From contig CM060731.1 in NCBI GenBank assembly GCA_030704615.1, positions 76,694,001 through 76,758,000 of the forward strand: a DNA stretch of 64,000 nt. The letters are read 5' to 3'. This document shows positions 12,301 to 25,094 of this stretch, one piece after another. The notes under the pieces were generated by a model that saw only the letters and a list, made by a program, of their open reading frames with translations, had not been told where the DNA came from and searched no databases. Each line of letters starts with the position of its first letter. Position 1 is the first letter of the stretch. The stretch comes from Takakia lepidozioides (Eukaryota; Plantae; Bryophyta). Position numbers and translations under genes: made by a program.

Positions 12301-12699
12301 GAGTCAGGTGGTTGCCAGGTAATGGGCACTATATCCAAAGGAGCTAACTGAGGAGGTCCAGGTGATATCACTGAACTCCCCTCACTCATCAATGGAAAGA
12401 CCTCTTGCCATGCTTGGTGCACACTCTCGTCTGCTACTCGTTGCAAATTCCCAACCGTACCCCACAGTGGAATATGCACAGGCACATGAGGAAGCAAATC
12501 AGCATTGTATGCCAATTGTTTGTCCTCATCAGGTGGTGGCCTATCATCTGCATGATTATTGCCCTCCAAGAGCTCACCACCCCAAGCCGCCACCCCTGAG
12601 AATGCAGCCAATGTGGGCATCATGTTCCTCTGATCCACCGTTACATTCCCAATAAACCGCACTGGGAGTAGTGCACATCGGCCATCCCCTGACTGCCAT

Positions 12700-15197
12700 T
12701 CCGGCCTGTAGGATGCCGTTTCTTCCCAAAAGTCCAAAGTAAAGCCCATCGGGTATAACACAGCTCCACCAACAAGCACATCATAAGACATCGCGCCCAT
12801 AACAATGGCTTTAGCTCTCATGACAGAGCCATCTGTAGGATGATCTGGTTGCAATCGAATGAAGAGCTCATGGCGTGTAATCCCATGTGCCTTCTCTGAA
12901 CCGCCCAAAGATGTTTGAATTTGGAAAGGACGAGGCTCCAAATCCGCCTCTGTAGGCCCAAGCCTACAATTGCTGCTTTCCCCAACATCAATGGCTGTGC
13001 TCCCGAGTCCAACAAGACCTGCAGTGGCCTATACCTCCTCCCGGCCGGGCCACCCAGCTGAAACACACCATCCTGATTGTCCACCAGGACTACCCCATGA
13101 GTCACCATACTACGCTCAATGGCTGGTCTAGCTGGCAACTCTTGCAACCTTGTAGCTGCCGCTTGCCATGGCGCAGCTGTGGCTGTCTTCACCCTTGAAT
13201 CCAGGGCATCCATGCACTGCACCTGATCCGCTATCCCCACAGACAGTGCCGATGCATCACCACTCTCACAGAGTCTAGCTGCCAGTCTAAACACTGCAGC
13301 TGGCCGCATCCCCGGCATTACAATTGTCGTGGTAAAAAATAATGGAGCTTGGCAAATTGCCGTAGCCGCCCCCAACAATGTACTGGTTGCACCTTGTTTT
13401 GCAGCACCACCCACTGGCATTTCCCGAGCCACACCAACTCTCCCCAATGGCACTCGTGGCTCTACCTCTGACACACTTGGACGAGCGGGTGCCATCGATG
13501 GCATAGTTGGCACTGTCTCAGCCAATGTAAAAGACTGTGGAAGCCTGGTCTGCCGACTTGCTTCCCCTCTTTGTGGATCAAAATCCACATCCGCTCCTCT
13601 TGGCTCAGGAGCACGCGTTGCTGCTTGAGTGACAGCAGCTGCAGAGTCCACATGCAATGGTCCTGCAAGTGTGGCTCCACACATGAAGCCCATACCAATC
13701 TGGTCTTCCGTAGGCATAGGAGGTTGTGCAGGTGGGGCTTGAACCTCAAGCCTTGGAGCTGGCGCAACATGAGTAGTGGCCATGGCAGCAAGACGTTGCT
13801 CTAGCTGGGCAAGTCTATCCACCATGCCTTGGTCATGACCCTGACCCTGACCCTGTATTCCTTGGTTTTGGTTACGACCTCCACCATGACCTTTGCCTCC
13901 TCTACCTCTCTGGACTACATTGCCTCGTCCTCGGCCACCATTGTTCCATTGGAACTGGCCTGGCCGTAGCTCAGGATGCAAGTCATAACAATGGGCCTCT
14001 TCATGCCCATACTTGCCACAATGCCCACATTGTAGTTGTGTAGGCTATGCCTGTGCCGGCCCTTTGCCTCTCTCTGGGCAATCTCTCTTAACACGGGGTC
14101 CTCCACAATCCCAACATGTCACACCCGACTGTTGTTGGCCTGAGAATGAAGGAAGTGACCTCTGCAATTGAGATCCTATCGGCCCTTCCCTGGGCTTCGC
14201 CTGAGCCCTCTTGTTGCCTTGAGCACGTTGGGGTAGTGGCTGTTGTTGGCCAAGAGCCCCACTTCGTTGTGTCTCCTTACCAAACCCCACCATGACCACT
14301 TGCTCCTCCACCATATTGAGCTCTATCCGCTCTGCCAGCAAAAACACATTTGCTAAGGTGGGTTGGTCCACTTGTAGGAGAGTTGCATCCCGCACCCTTC
14401 TCCTCAGCTCCTTGTCCAGGATCCCATACCAGAACTGGACTGCTTGAGCTTCTGTAACCCCTTGGGTTACGTTTATCAAGCGCCTCATGCGAGTGTAAGC
14501 CTCCCTCAAACTCTCAGTAGACCTTTGTTGGAACTCTTGCAAGCTCCGCAACTTCTCTGTCCTTATCCCTTGGTAGTTTCTCCTCAACTCCTCAGGGTTA
14601 AAGGCAGGCACGGGTGTTGGTGCTGCAGCGGGAGCTTGAGTGGATTTCCCTAGCTCTCGTACCACTTGTCCCACTACTAGTGCTTGCAGTTGGAGATGTT
14701 TGTGTAGCTGCTGGTGTCTCCGCTGCCCTTGTGCCTCTAGTGATGGAGACATAGTCAGGTGACCAATACACCCGCCATTCCTCAATCTCCACCTCATGTC
14801 CCCGCCTAAACTCATGGTAGTCATCCATGGGCGGCCCCTCAAGGTGCTGAAACAACCCCTTCTACGCCATAAAAGGCGTAAACAGTTGTGGATTGCGCAT
14901 CTGCTGCAAATCACACCAACTATCAAACTCCTGTATGAAATCATCAAGCTCGATGGTGCCCACAGCTCCAGAGTACCGACATGGCCCCTTGGTAGCTCCA
15001 TACATTTCCTCCATCGTATCCCACAACAATGGCACGGAAATGGCTTGCACCCTCGGCAAGAATCCTCCTAACTCTGAGTCTGAACCTTCCTCAAAAGACA
15101 CTGAAGGTGAAGGTGGCCTAAACCGCACACCTCGTCTTGTATACCCATTAGTATCGCTGGTGCTCGTACCGGCACTCTCCTCAGCAACTGGTGGCAC
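12700..15197 (-). pseudogene. Gypsy gag and aspartic protease
   Basis: FQQRSTESLREAYTRMRRL gag motif; knuckles CWDCGGPRVKRDC and CGHCGKYGHEEAHC; RG-rich segment; VLLDSGAQPLM...YDVLVGG protease; frameshifted. Confidence 0.85.
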
Positions 15198-15680
15198 CTC
15201 CGTGATGAAAATTCACAACCACACCTGTTGTAAACCTCTATCTCTAATCCCCCTTTCCACAAGGTAACCGGGTAGAGAACCTGTTGCGGCTTATGGCTTA
15301 GACTACTAGGTTTGTAACATAAACCTGCACTTGCATCCACCGCAAGCACTCATATGGTCTGCTGGTCATCAACCCAGCCTCACCATAAGAGAAACAATGA
15401 TGGTCTGACTGGTCATCACCCCAGCCTCACCACCAACAGCATGCTCTAGGATTGGCTGGTGATCAAATCCGGACCAACCTCCTATGAAAACAAGCACCCA
15501 CACAAACTGACATGATGCACAGTCAAGCATGCAGGTGTGGAGAGGATTCAAACACAAGAAAATCAATACAGTAACTCCCCCACAAAAAAAAAACACTCCA
15601 CAGTGTCGCTCCTGTAAGGACACCCCAGCCCAAACCCGGACTGATTCTTGTCTCCACGTACAGAAAGGTTTTGGCCTACA

Positions 15681-17964
15681 TAGAGGGTGGAAGACTACGA
15701 GGAAGAGAGACTAAAGCAATTCCTAATCCCAGAATGCTCTCATCCTACTAGTCTCCCCCTATCTCTAAACGCTCTTGCTCATGACCAACAGACATAACTA
15801 CCTTCCAGGGTCTCTCAAATAACTCTCCAAGAGCCCTCAAGATGTCTCTCAAACAATCTCACTAAGGCCCCCAAAGACTGTCAAATCTTGGCCCTCAAGA
15901 ACCCCAAAAAGTCCTTCAGACAAGTTGCCAAAGACTCCTTAAGCTCGCCAAATATTAGCCTCCAAGGACCCCAAAATAGTCCTCCAAACAGTCCTCCAGA
16001 TACACCCTAGATGTCATACTCTTTTAATTAAAACGTATGGTAGGCAAAGTCTCTCCACTTGTATCCATACACTGCTCATAAAAGAGTATGGTGGGGCAGA
16101 GGGAGCCCATACCTTGTTCACAAAAACGTATGTTGGGCAGAGGGGGCCCATACGTTGTTCACAAAAGTGTATGTTGGGCAGAGGGGTTCCATACGTTGTT
16201 CAAAAAAGTGTATGGTGGGGCAGAGGGAGCCCATACACAGTTTCTTGAAGAGTATGGAGACTAGGGTTTGTAGAGTATAGTAAGAAACACCTTCTTCATG
16301 GTATCTTCCCCCCTAACATGCATGCAAAATTGCATTATCTTACTTTGCAATGCATTCATCCCCAATTGACAAGTTCCTCTTGATCTCCTTGGAACTCATA
16401 GCACGCTAATGTGCCAAATGACAAGCGCCAAGCTTTGCTTGAATTTGAATTTTGTATGCCATCTTCCATGTGCTTTCCCTTGCATGGGCTAGTCACACAC
16501 ACTTCCACCTCTTGACCTAGGTGTTGTCTTCATTCATCATAATGTGTATCCACACCTCTATTCAAGAGCTTATCTTCTCAAACTTGAAGTCACAAGCCCT
16601 AAAGAGCATGCTCCACATAAGCATCACTTGCTTAATCAACCATCCACCACAAAACTTAAGCAAAAAGAGAATGAATACATGAGCTTCACCTTCCCCTTCC
16701 TTGTCTTGTCACAAGCTAATGTATGGTTGAAGTTGCTATGCATGCCGTGAGCCACAATCTCCTTTCTTCATGAAGACCACCTCCAATGATCTCCCATATG
16801 TGCTCGAAGCTCTTCAATACTCTAGGCTTGGTTTCACATCATCATGGATAGAATTCTCACCCACATGCTTCCCTTTGGAGTCATCTTGAGCTTCTTGATG
16901 CTCTCCAAGTGGTTGCTTTTGTTGTCTTCAAGCTCTAGCCTATGTAGCTCCTTGGTTTTTCTTCCACAACATGCACCACCTCATACACAAGGAATGAACT
17001 TGCTCACTTCACTTTCTAACTCTCCTCGAGCTTGAATTGGAAACCACACTTGGAAAGCATGCTCCACACATGCGCCACTTGCTTGGTCAATCACTTGCTT
17101 CACCAAGAGCAATGCAAGAACTCATAGAACTAGCAAAAGCACTCCCTTCTAGCGCCGCCTTCGCTTGCTTGTTTGTCAACCAAATGAAATCCCACTTGAC
17201 TTCATTTCACCATGGATAGAACAACCACTTCTTAGCTTCTCTTGAGCTACTCAATGCTCCTCAAGCTACCCTTGTTGTACTCCTTCTATGGTGTTTCCAA
17301 CCCAAGCGTGTGCCGCTCTTTGGCTTCTCTTTCACACCATGAACAACTAGAGCTTGCTCTTGAAACCCTAGTGTCTATCTTCTCCACACACAAGACGCTT
17401 CTCTTGTGATGCAAGAGCTCTTTTCAAAAGCTCTCCACCTCTATAGAGCAAAGTAATGCTTCTCAAACCCTAACATCCATGTTCTCCACGCCATAAGGAT
17501 TTTCCTTTGCAATACCTTGCAACACAAGAGCTCTTTACTAAGCTCTCTCCAACACACAAGTGCTAAACTAACCCTTACACTCCGCACTCACAAGCATAAG
17601 GAGATCTTCTTGTAGTGATAATGGAAGTGAACACACAATGGAAACACTCTACTCATGAATCCACTCAATCACATAAATTAAGTCAAGCCAAGGGCACCTT
17701 TGCTAAAGGAATCCACCCTACAAAGCCCTCACCATACTCCCTCTCAATACCTAGAGCTATGGAGGTGGGAGAGGCTCATGTAGGCTCAACTACAAGAAAA
17801 TGAGCCCTCCTCAACACTCACAAGGGGAAAACCCATCCCCATGTCCCAAGTGAGGTTTGACACCTCACTTGGCATGTGAGACCAAATGAAGTCCCAACAC
17901 ACAAAATACAAATACAAATATCCAAAATATCCTAGTTAACTAGAAGTAGGTAATTCTAGTTAAC
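15681..17964. mobile_element. Unclassified degenerate repeat (possibly LTR-retroelement derived) into which the DNMT-Gypsy appears to have inserted
   Basis: No convincing ORF, internal short repeats, PPT-like AGGGGGGAAG on minus near 16305-16314; together with 6804-6812 it interrupts the CACTA transposase between ...MALVM and LEKEFPP. Confidence 0.45.
16035..16240. repeat. ~41-bp tandem repeat, about 5 copies
   Basis: GTATG(G/T)TGGG(G)CAGAGGGRGCCCATAC..TGTTCACAAAA units. Confidence 0.85.
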
Positions 17965-19189
17965 CATGACTAAAGCCATGACAACCTCCTTCTTCAGCTC
18001 TTTGTGCTTGCTGGGATCAACCATTTTTGCACAGAGTTTGCGAAACACTCGGGATACTCGCAATATGGAATTTCGTACGCCCTTAGCCATGAAACCACGT
18101 AGAGCAAGAGGGAGAACTTGCTGCATAAGCACATGGTAGTCATGTGATTTTAGTTGTGAGAGTTTTTTTTTTACAACATATTTTTTAAAGGCAGATGCAT
18201 ACCCCGTTGGCACTTTCACTTTGTGATTGTGTCCAGGAACACCCTCAGTTCATCTCCTGTGAGCACATACGGCGCTGCGGGCATCACGAATGTGTTCTCC
18301 CTCGTGGGATGCCTTTGCAACCACAGGTGGGGACGAATGCCTTGTAGCTCAAAGTCACGACGCACCTTCATGGTATCATTTTCCCCAAAAATTGTCTTGA
18401 TGATATTTTCTGTGACATTCTTCTCGCAATGCATCGTGTCAATGGTGTGGCGGATCAGTAGGTGCTGCAATTCATGCGCCAAAATGATTCACAGGAAAAT
18501 CAAATGGTGACACAAATATGCCAACACACTAACACACATCTGTGAATAAAAAACAAATGCACAAATATGCGAAATAGACAAGCATGAGTGAGGAGTCCCC
18601 GTACCTCCCAATAAGGCAGACGATACAGAATGGACAACCGCTTGACACCATGGATTTTTGAGGGATCAGCCTCTGCGATTGAATCCTCATCCTCAACCCA
18701 TTTTGAGTATTCCTGAGCACGCATCTTGATTTCACTGGCTATCAGGAGTAGTGGAGCATGTCTCATTTCTCGTTCGCCATTGAAGAGCCTAGATCTCTTG
18801 TATGCATGGTCGGTGGGAAGAAATCTCCAGTGCCCTTGGAATATAATTTTGTGAGAGGCTGCCGAATACCGCGAATCAACTCCAAAGCCACAGGCAGGGC
18901 AACCTACATAGCCTTGGTGAACTTGACCTGCTAGCCGTACGCTAGGAAGTCGTGTATGCACCACATTATGATGGCCCACATGTTGAAAGCCCGTTCATCC
19001 CGAATGCTGGCCACATCATGGGCTGGGACTCCCACCCACAATTTCGCCAGCTCCTCCACGAGGGGTTCGAGATACACATCAATGTTCTTCATCTTCACGG
19101 ACTCCTTCCCTGGAATGAGCAGCGACAACATGACAAAGAATTTCTTGATCACCAACCAAGGAGGTAAATTGTAGTTGAGTAGTAGGATG
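17965..19189 (-). pseudogene. CACTA transposase, middle part
   Basis: LNYNLPPWL...LLIPG...DVYLEPLVEEL...WCIHDF; HRFLP-like; LPYW; RHTIDTMHCEKNV; KVPTGYAS; LKSHDYHVLMQQVLP. Confidence 0.9.
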
Positions 19190-19801
19190 TGTCATGGACA
19201 TAGCCCAGAGGAACTTACCAGGAGTAAATACCAGAAGTTACCAAATTACCATGTTACCGAAAGTTACCACGACTTATCGTGATTTACCATGATTTACCAT
19301 GATTTACCAAGTTACCGGGAGTTTACCAAATTACCAAGAGTAACTTGGAAAACTACTCAGGAAGCTTCCTTTGGAGGAAACTTCTCCATCAAGATACCTC
19401 CTTTGTTTAAGGAAGCTTCTCCATCAAGAAACCTTTGTTTAATCTTGGAAACTTCTCCAGCAAGAAATCTCCATAAGGGAAGCTTCTTGGGGAAGCTTCT
19501 TAGTAGCCAGTATATATAGGAGGCGAGACTGGACACTCTTCAGTCTCGCCAACACAAGTTCAAGCTACTCTTGTTCCAAGTCCAGTACTCCAGTCCAGCT
19601 TCCAGTATCCAGTCTAGTTTCCAGCATTCCAGTATCCGAGTCGAGTTCCAGTATTTTGTACTCTTGTCCACTGTTATAAAGATCATCTTGATTTATGTTC
19701 ACCTACCATGCATTCGGCCACGCCGACCTTGACTTCTTGTCTAGTCTTGTACCTCTAGTCTGATCTCTTCTTTGTATTCTGTCATGTTCTCATCCTTGAC
19801 A
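19190..19801 (+). repeat. 5' LTR of the chromovirus
   Basis: TG...CA; about 20 substitutions plus a 10-bp indel versus the 3' LTR (counted by eye); TATATATA at 19511. Confidence 0.97.
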
Positions 19802-19803
19802 GT

Positions 19804-19814
19804 TTGGCGAGACT
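19804..19814 (+). promoter_or_regulatory. Self-priming primer-binding site
   Basis: TTGGCGAGACT is the exact reverse complement of AGTCTCGCCAA at 19542-19552, ~30 nt downstream of the LTR TATA box. Confidence 0.8.
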
Positions 19815-19839
19815 AAAGTTTGTTCTTTAGTTAGTTAAG

Positions 19840-21423
19840 ATGGAAGGCACATTTGCGGAAATGGTCACCACATTGCAGAGTCTTTAGCTCCAGATGCAAG
19901 AACTTCGTACATCTACCGCCTAATTGCAAGCTGATCAGTCTCAAGATCTTGGCAACGCTCTCCACAATTTGCAACAACAAATTTCAGAGTTAAAGGAGTC
20001 GAACAATGGATCTTCAACCATACGAGTCCCTACTGCATCAGCTCCTACTGCAACGGTTCCTCTTCAACAGATTATGAGAGAACCAAAGATTAGCATGCCC
20101 GAGAAATTTGATGGGACGAGATCAAGATTTCGCGGTTTTGTTCAACAAGTACGACTGTTCCTACGACTACATCCACAACGCGATCCCGATGAAGGTATTC
20201 AAGTGGGATTCGTAGGCACCCTTCTGTCAGGCACTGCCCTATCTTGGTTTGCACCGCTATTAGAAAAAAATTCGCATTTACTATATAATTTTGAAGCATT
20301 TATGTCCTTTTTCACTGCAACGTTTGGAAAAAATGATAGAGAGAGAGAGTTGCAGAAACAAAAATGCGAAATCTTCGACTAGGAGCACGTCCTACTTCCG
20401 TTTATGCCGCCGAATTTCGACAACTTGCGTGCGACCTCGACTGGAATGAAAAAAGCCTCATTAGTCAGTTTCGATGTGGACTAAAAGATGATGTAAAAGA
20501 TTTGTTGCTGACAATGCCAAACGTGAGCACACTGAGTGAATTCATCACCCAAGTCATTGCATGCGATAATCGTTTGTTCGAAAGATGTCAAGAGAAGCGA
20601 TCTGGATGGTCTACGACGTATCATGCCACTACTACGATCCATCAGACATCCAGTAGTGATCATATGCTGATTGATGTTGTCCGATTCAAGCCATTGACGC
20701 CACAAGAAAAACAAAGACGGTGCTCGAATGGATTATGCCTCTATTGCGGAGAAGAAGATCACATAGCATTAAACTGCCCCAACAAGAGAAGATTCAAAGC
20801 TCGGGGCATAACTCAAGTGTTCGATACGAGGAGGTCGGAAAACGAAGATGTCCAGTCACAGTAGGGATCATGCGGCCGGACATCACAAATTCCTTACCGA
20901 AAAAATGTCTCTTTCTACCTCCAGACCCTGCACCTTGCTTCACAGTTCCGGTAAAAATCAGAGTGCAAAATTGAGATATCACTGTAGAAGCACTTTTGGA
21001 CTCAGGAGCTTCAGCTTATTTTATGGACAAAAACTTTGCGAAACAAAATAATTTAACGCTCGTAAAGAAGAAACTCTCGGCCCCCGTTGAAGTCATTGAT
21101 GGATGACCATTAGCATCAGGAAATGTGGACCATGAAACTCGACCACTTGAAGTGAAGCTTAAAGATCAAGCATCACATATTGTTTTCAATGTCATCCAGT
21201 CTCCAACGAATCCTGTAATCCTTGGACTTCCCTAGTTCGTATTTCACAATCTCGAAATCGACTGGCGATCGCGAAAAATTTCTGCAAGACAAAAATGTAG
21301 AAATAGCAAAGGTATTCAACCCCTATTCCTTGGAGCTAGAGCTTTCATGAGAGCTACAAAAAAAAGAGGCGACATTTGCACTTTATGCGACTCCGATCAA
21401 AACCACAACAGACAAAGGTACTT
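19840..21423 (+). pseudogene. Chromovirus gag and protease
   Basis: EPKISMPEKFDG...LLSGTALSW; YAAEFRQLA; CLYCGEEDHIALNC knuckle; ALLDSGAS protease near 20990; stops and frameshifts. Confidence 0.9.
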
Positions 21424-22148
21424 TGTCGCGCACCTCAATTCGGTAAACTCCCCTTCAAGTCATAGTTATTCGCTTTGATGCGCGCGCCTGACTCCCAACC
21501 TGGCCGCCGGGCCAACTTGGAGCTTCGGCTGCTCACCGGGACATAACGGCTCCCTTTCGCTTCCCTCTTAAACCCTCCACCTAATTGGGACTAGGAGAAT
21601 TCCCTTTGGTAGATGGCAGTCCGGAACAGCTCCCCACTCTTTGGTCGCTTTCCGGCTCGCTTGCTTACTCACTAGTTTTTGGTCACCAACGGGCTTGCAC
21701 CGTTCTCGGGGTTACTACTCCCTATATATACTTCTGTAGCTGTCCGCGGGGGTTTCACAACTAGCCATGCCATTTTATGGCGAACCACCACGAAGACCCT
21801 CGATTCCCGGTGGTGAGTCGCGGTGAGTCTTGGCCCGCTCACCACGGCCCCTATGGACCGTGATGAGTCCCAAGACTCCCCACGACTCCCACCTCGAGGT
21901 CTCCGCCCCCATGGTGAGTCCTATGTCACCCCCACTAAGTCCCACTAAGCTACCACCACCCCTTGTGGAGCCACCCCCACCGCAACCCGGTGTGCGGGGC
22001 TCCACCTAGTGAGCGCCTCCGCTTCCCTGAGTGCCTTGGGCACTCAAGGGTGCCTCAGCCCCCCATACCTATCGCTGCCGCTGCCCCCACCACAGGGGCA
22101 GCCCTCATGTGTCCCGACCCCCTGCCCTCAAGGCAAAGGGCCGCGACA
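21424..22148. mobile_element. Solo LTR nested in the chromovirus pol
   Basis: TGTCGCG...CGCGACA terminal inverted repeat; TACTT duplicated at 21419-21423 and 22149-22153; GC-rich, with TATATATA near 21723. Confidence 0.92.
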
Positions 22149-25094
22149 TACTTCAACATTATCCGCTCAATATCAAGATTTCAATGATGTCTTCGAGAAG
22201 AAAAATGCAGACATATTGCCAGAATATCGACCTTATGACTGTGCAATTGAGTTACAAGAAGGAGCCCAACCACCATTCGGCCCAATCTATAACTTATCCC
22301 ATATGGAGTTGGTTGCATTACGTGAATACATTGATGAAAATTTGTCGAAGCACTTCATCCGACATTCAAAATCACCCGCGGGGGCGCCTATCTTGTTTGT
22401 GAAAAAGAAGGACGGATCATTACGCATGTGTGTCGACTATTGCGGTCTCAACAAAGTCACAATCAAGAATCGTTATTCGTTGCCGCTGATTTATGGGCTT
22501 CTCGACCAGCTGGGACGAGCGAAGATTTTCACCAAAATCGACTTGAGAGGAGTTTATAACCTTGTACGGATAAAAGAAGGAGACGAATGGAAAACAACTT
22601 TTCGAACAAGGTAGGGACATTTTGAATACAGTGTTATGCCTTTCGGTCTTACAAATGCTCCAGCAATTTTTCAACATATGATGAATGACATCTTTCGAGA
22701 ATTTTTAGATGACTTTGTAGTCATCTATTTGGACGACATTTTGATATTTTCACAGAATGAAGAAGACCATGGCCGCCATGTACGCATTGTCCTTGATAAA
22801 TTAAGAGAAAAAAGACTATATGCCAAGTTGGAGAAATGTCTTTTCCATCAATCTGAGGTCGAATTTCCGGGCTACATTATTTCCGACAAAGACGTCTTTA
22901 TGGATCAGAAGAAAATACAGACCATCATCGAGTGGATTAAACCAACTTCGGTCCGAGATGTACAATGTTTTCTAGGCTTTGCAAATTTCTATAGAATCTT
23001 CATCAATGACTACTCCAAAATTGCTGCACCATTGACACGACTCACAGGGAAGGACAAATTTGTATGGGACGAGAAGGCTGACCATGCATTTGAAAGGCTG
23101 AAGCAGGCATTTACAACGGCTACCATACTGGTACATGCAGACCCATCTAAACCATTCTTCTTAGAAGCAGATGCATCGGACTTTGCACTTGGTGCGGTAC
23201 TCTCTTAATACGGTACAGATGGTCGACTCCACCCTGTTGGTTTTCGTTCTCGCAAATTTTCCACTGCGGAGATCAATTATGAAATCCATGACAAAGAACT
23301 TCTAGCGATTATCGATGCTTTTGAGGAGTGACGACATCTATTGGAGGGAACTAAACATCAGGTCACTGTCTATACCGATCACAAAAACCTCGAATATTTT
23401 ATGAGTGCTCGTGTTTTGAATCGACGTCAAGCGAGATGGAGTATGTCACTAGTAAGGTTTGATTTTATTATTACCTACCGTCCCGGACATTTTCAAGGAA
23501 ATTCAGATGCTCTCTCGCGACGATCGTATCTTACGCCAAAAGAAAGGGATCCAGCTTTTGACCAACAAAAATCCATCATCCTGAAACCAGCAAATCTCCA
23601 ATTGAATATGCTATCCATGTCCACCTATGACGACGCAGAGATCATAAAGGAGATTCAGGAAGCACTGAAGAGCGACCATTTTGCTACGACACTACGAAGT
23701 CAACTAAATCAACCTCGAGACAACCCACATGTTATAAACGACTTCGAATTCAAAGATGGCTTACTTTACTTCAAGGGACTTCTCTATGTACCTCCAGGAC
23801 CTACACGACTTCGAATTCTTCAAACATGTCATGATCTTCCGGCTGCAGGACATTTCGGCTTCAACAAAACATTGAAGTTGATATCCAGGGACTATTGGTG
23901 GCTGCAGATGTGGAAACTCGTGAAAGAATTTATAAAATCTTGCGACATGTGTGCTAGAGCGAAGGGACCACGACATCGACCTTACGGCCTTCTTCAACCA
24001 ATACCCATTCCCAGGGTCCATGGTCATCTGTATCTATGGACTTTATTACGGACCTTCCAATTTCCAAGACCACCGATTCAATCCTTGTTATTGTAGATCG
24101 TTTTACGAAGATGACACATTTCATTCCATGTAATAAAACGGTTACCGGCGAGGAAACTGCAAGTCTCTTCCTCAATAATATCTACCGCATTCATGGACTC
24201 CCAAAGGACATCGTATTTGATCGAGGACCACAGTTCATATCAAATTTCTGGAGGGGATTATTTCACATATTGGATACTAAGATCAACCTCTCTACAACAA
24301 ATCATCCACAGACTGATGGTCAAACCGAACGTGTAAACCAGATTTTGGAGCAGTATCTTCGCTGTACGATAAATTATCACCAAGATAATTGGACGGACCT
24401 TGTGTCATTGGCTGAGTTTGCCTACAACAACACTATACATTCTTCGACCAAACAAACTCTATTTTTCTCCAATTATAGTCATCATCCTCGAGCAAACCCT
24501 TTCCACATGAAAACTGTTGGAAGCCCTGCTGCAGAAAACCTTACTACTCATCTTGCTACGATTCACAAGGAGCTTACATCTCATCTCGCAGAAGCTCAAA
24601 AACAATACAACGAGTATGCAGATCAACGTCGTCAACTCCAACCCCAGTTCAAGGTCGGAGATCGTATGTGGCTTCTTCGACGGGACATACAAACCTCGCG
24701 ACCATCAAAGAAGTTGGATTATCAACGCCTGGGACCATTCAAAATTATTCGACAAATAAATCCGGTCAGTTTTCGGCTTGGACTCCCACGAAGTATGCAC
24801 ATCCATCCAGTCTTTCATGTTTCATTATTGGAGTTGTATCATCCATCGAATATTCCAGGGAGAGTTTCTGTACCACCTCCACCAATCGAAGTTAATCAGG
24901 AAATTGAATATGAAGTCGACGAAGTCCTAAACTCTCGCATCAAATATAAACGTTTTGAGTATTTCGTACATTGGAAAGGTTACGACATCAGCGAACGAAC
25001 GTGGGAACCTTCATCCAACCTCGTCAATGCCTCTGACAAAGTCCAAGAGTTTCATCAACGATATCCAGCTAAGCCCCGAGCTACATGTCAATGA
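22149..25094 (+). pseudogene. Chromovirus RT-RNaseH-integrase-chromodomain
   Basis: LRMCVDY, YLDD, DASDFALGAVL, TDHKNL, MDFITDLP, DRGPQF, GPF, and chromodomain EYEVDEVL...YFVHWKGY...TWEP; internal stops. Confidence 0.95.

Larger units (their letters stand above)
6813..15680 (-). mobile_element. Ty3/Gypsy retrotransposon encoding a DNA cytosine methyltransferase and a PHD finger (degenerate copy)
   Basis: Domain order on minus: gag with two zinc knuckles, protease (LLDSGA), C5-MTase, RT (YIDD), RNase H, integrase, PHD. Candidate boundaries TG(6813)...CA(15680) flanked by TAGAG; PPT-like AGGGGGG near 6916-6922. A matching LTR pair is not visible, so boundaries are tentative. Confidence 0.85.

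Noticed and set aside
16035-16240. CRISPR-like appearance of short hairpin repeats
   Set aside because: No unique spacers, no cas genes, eukaryotic context.
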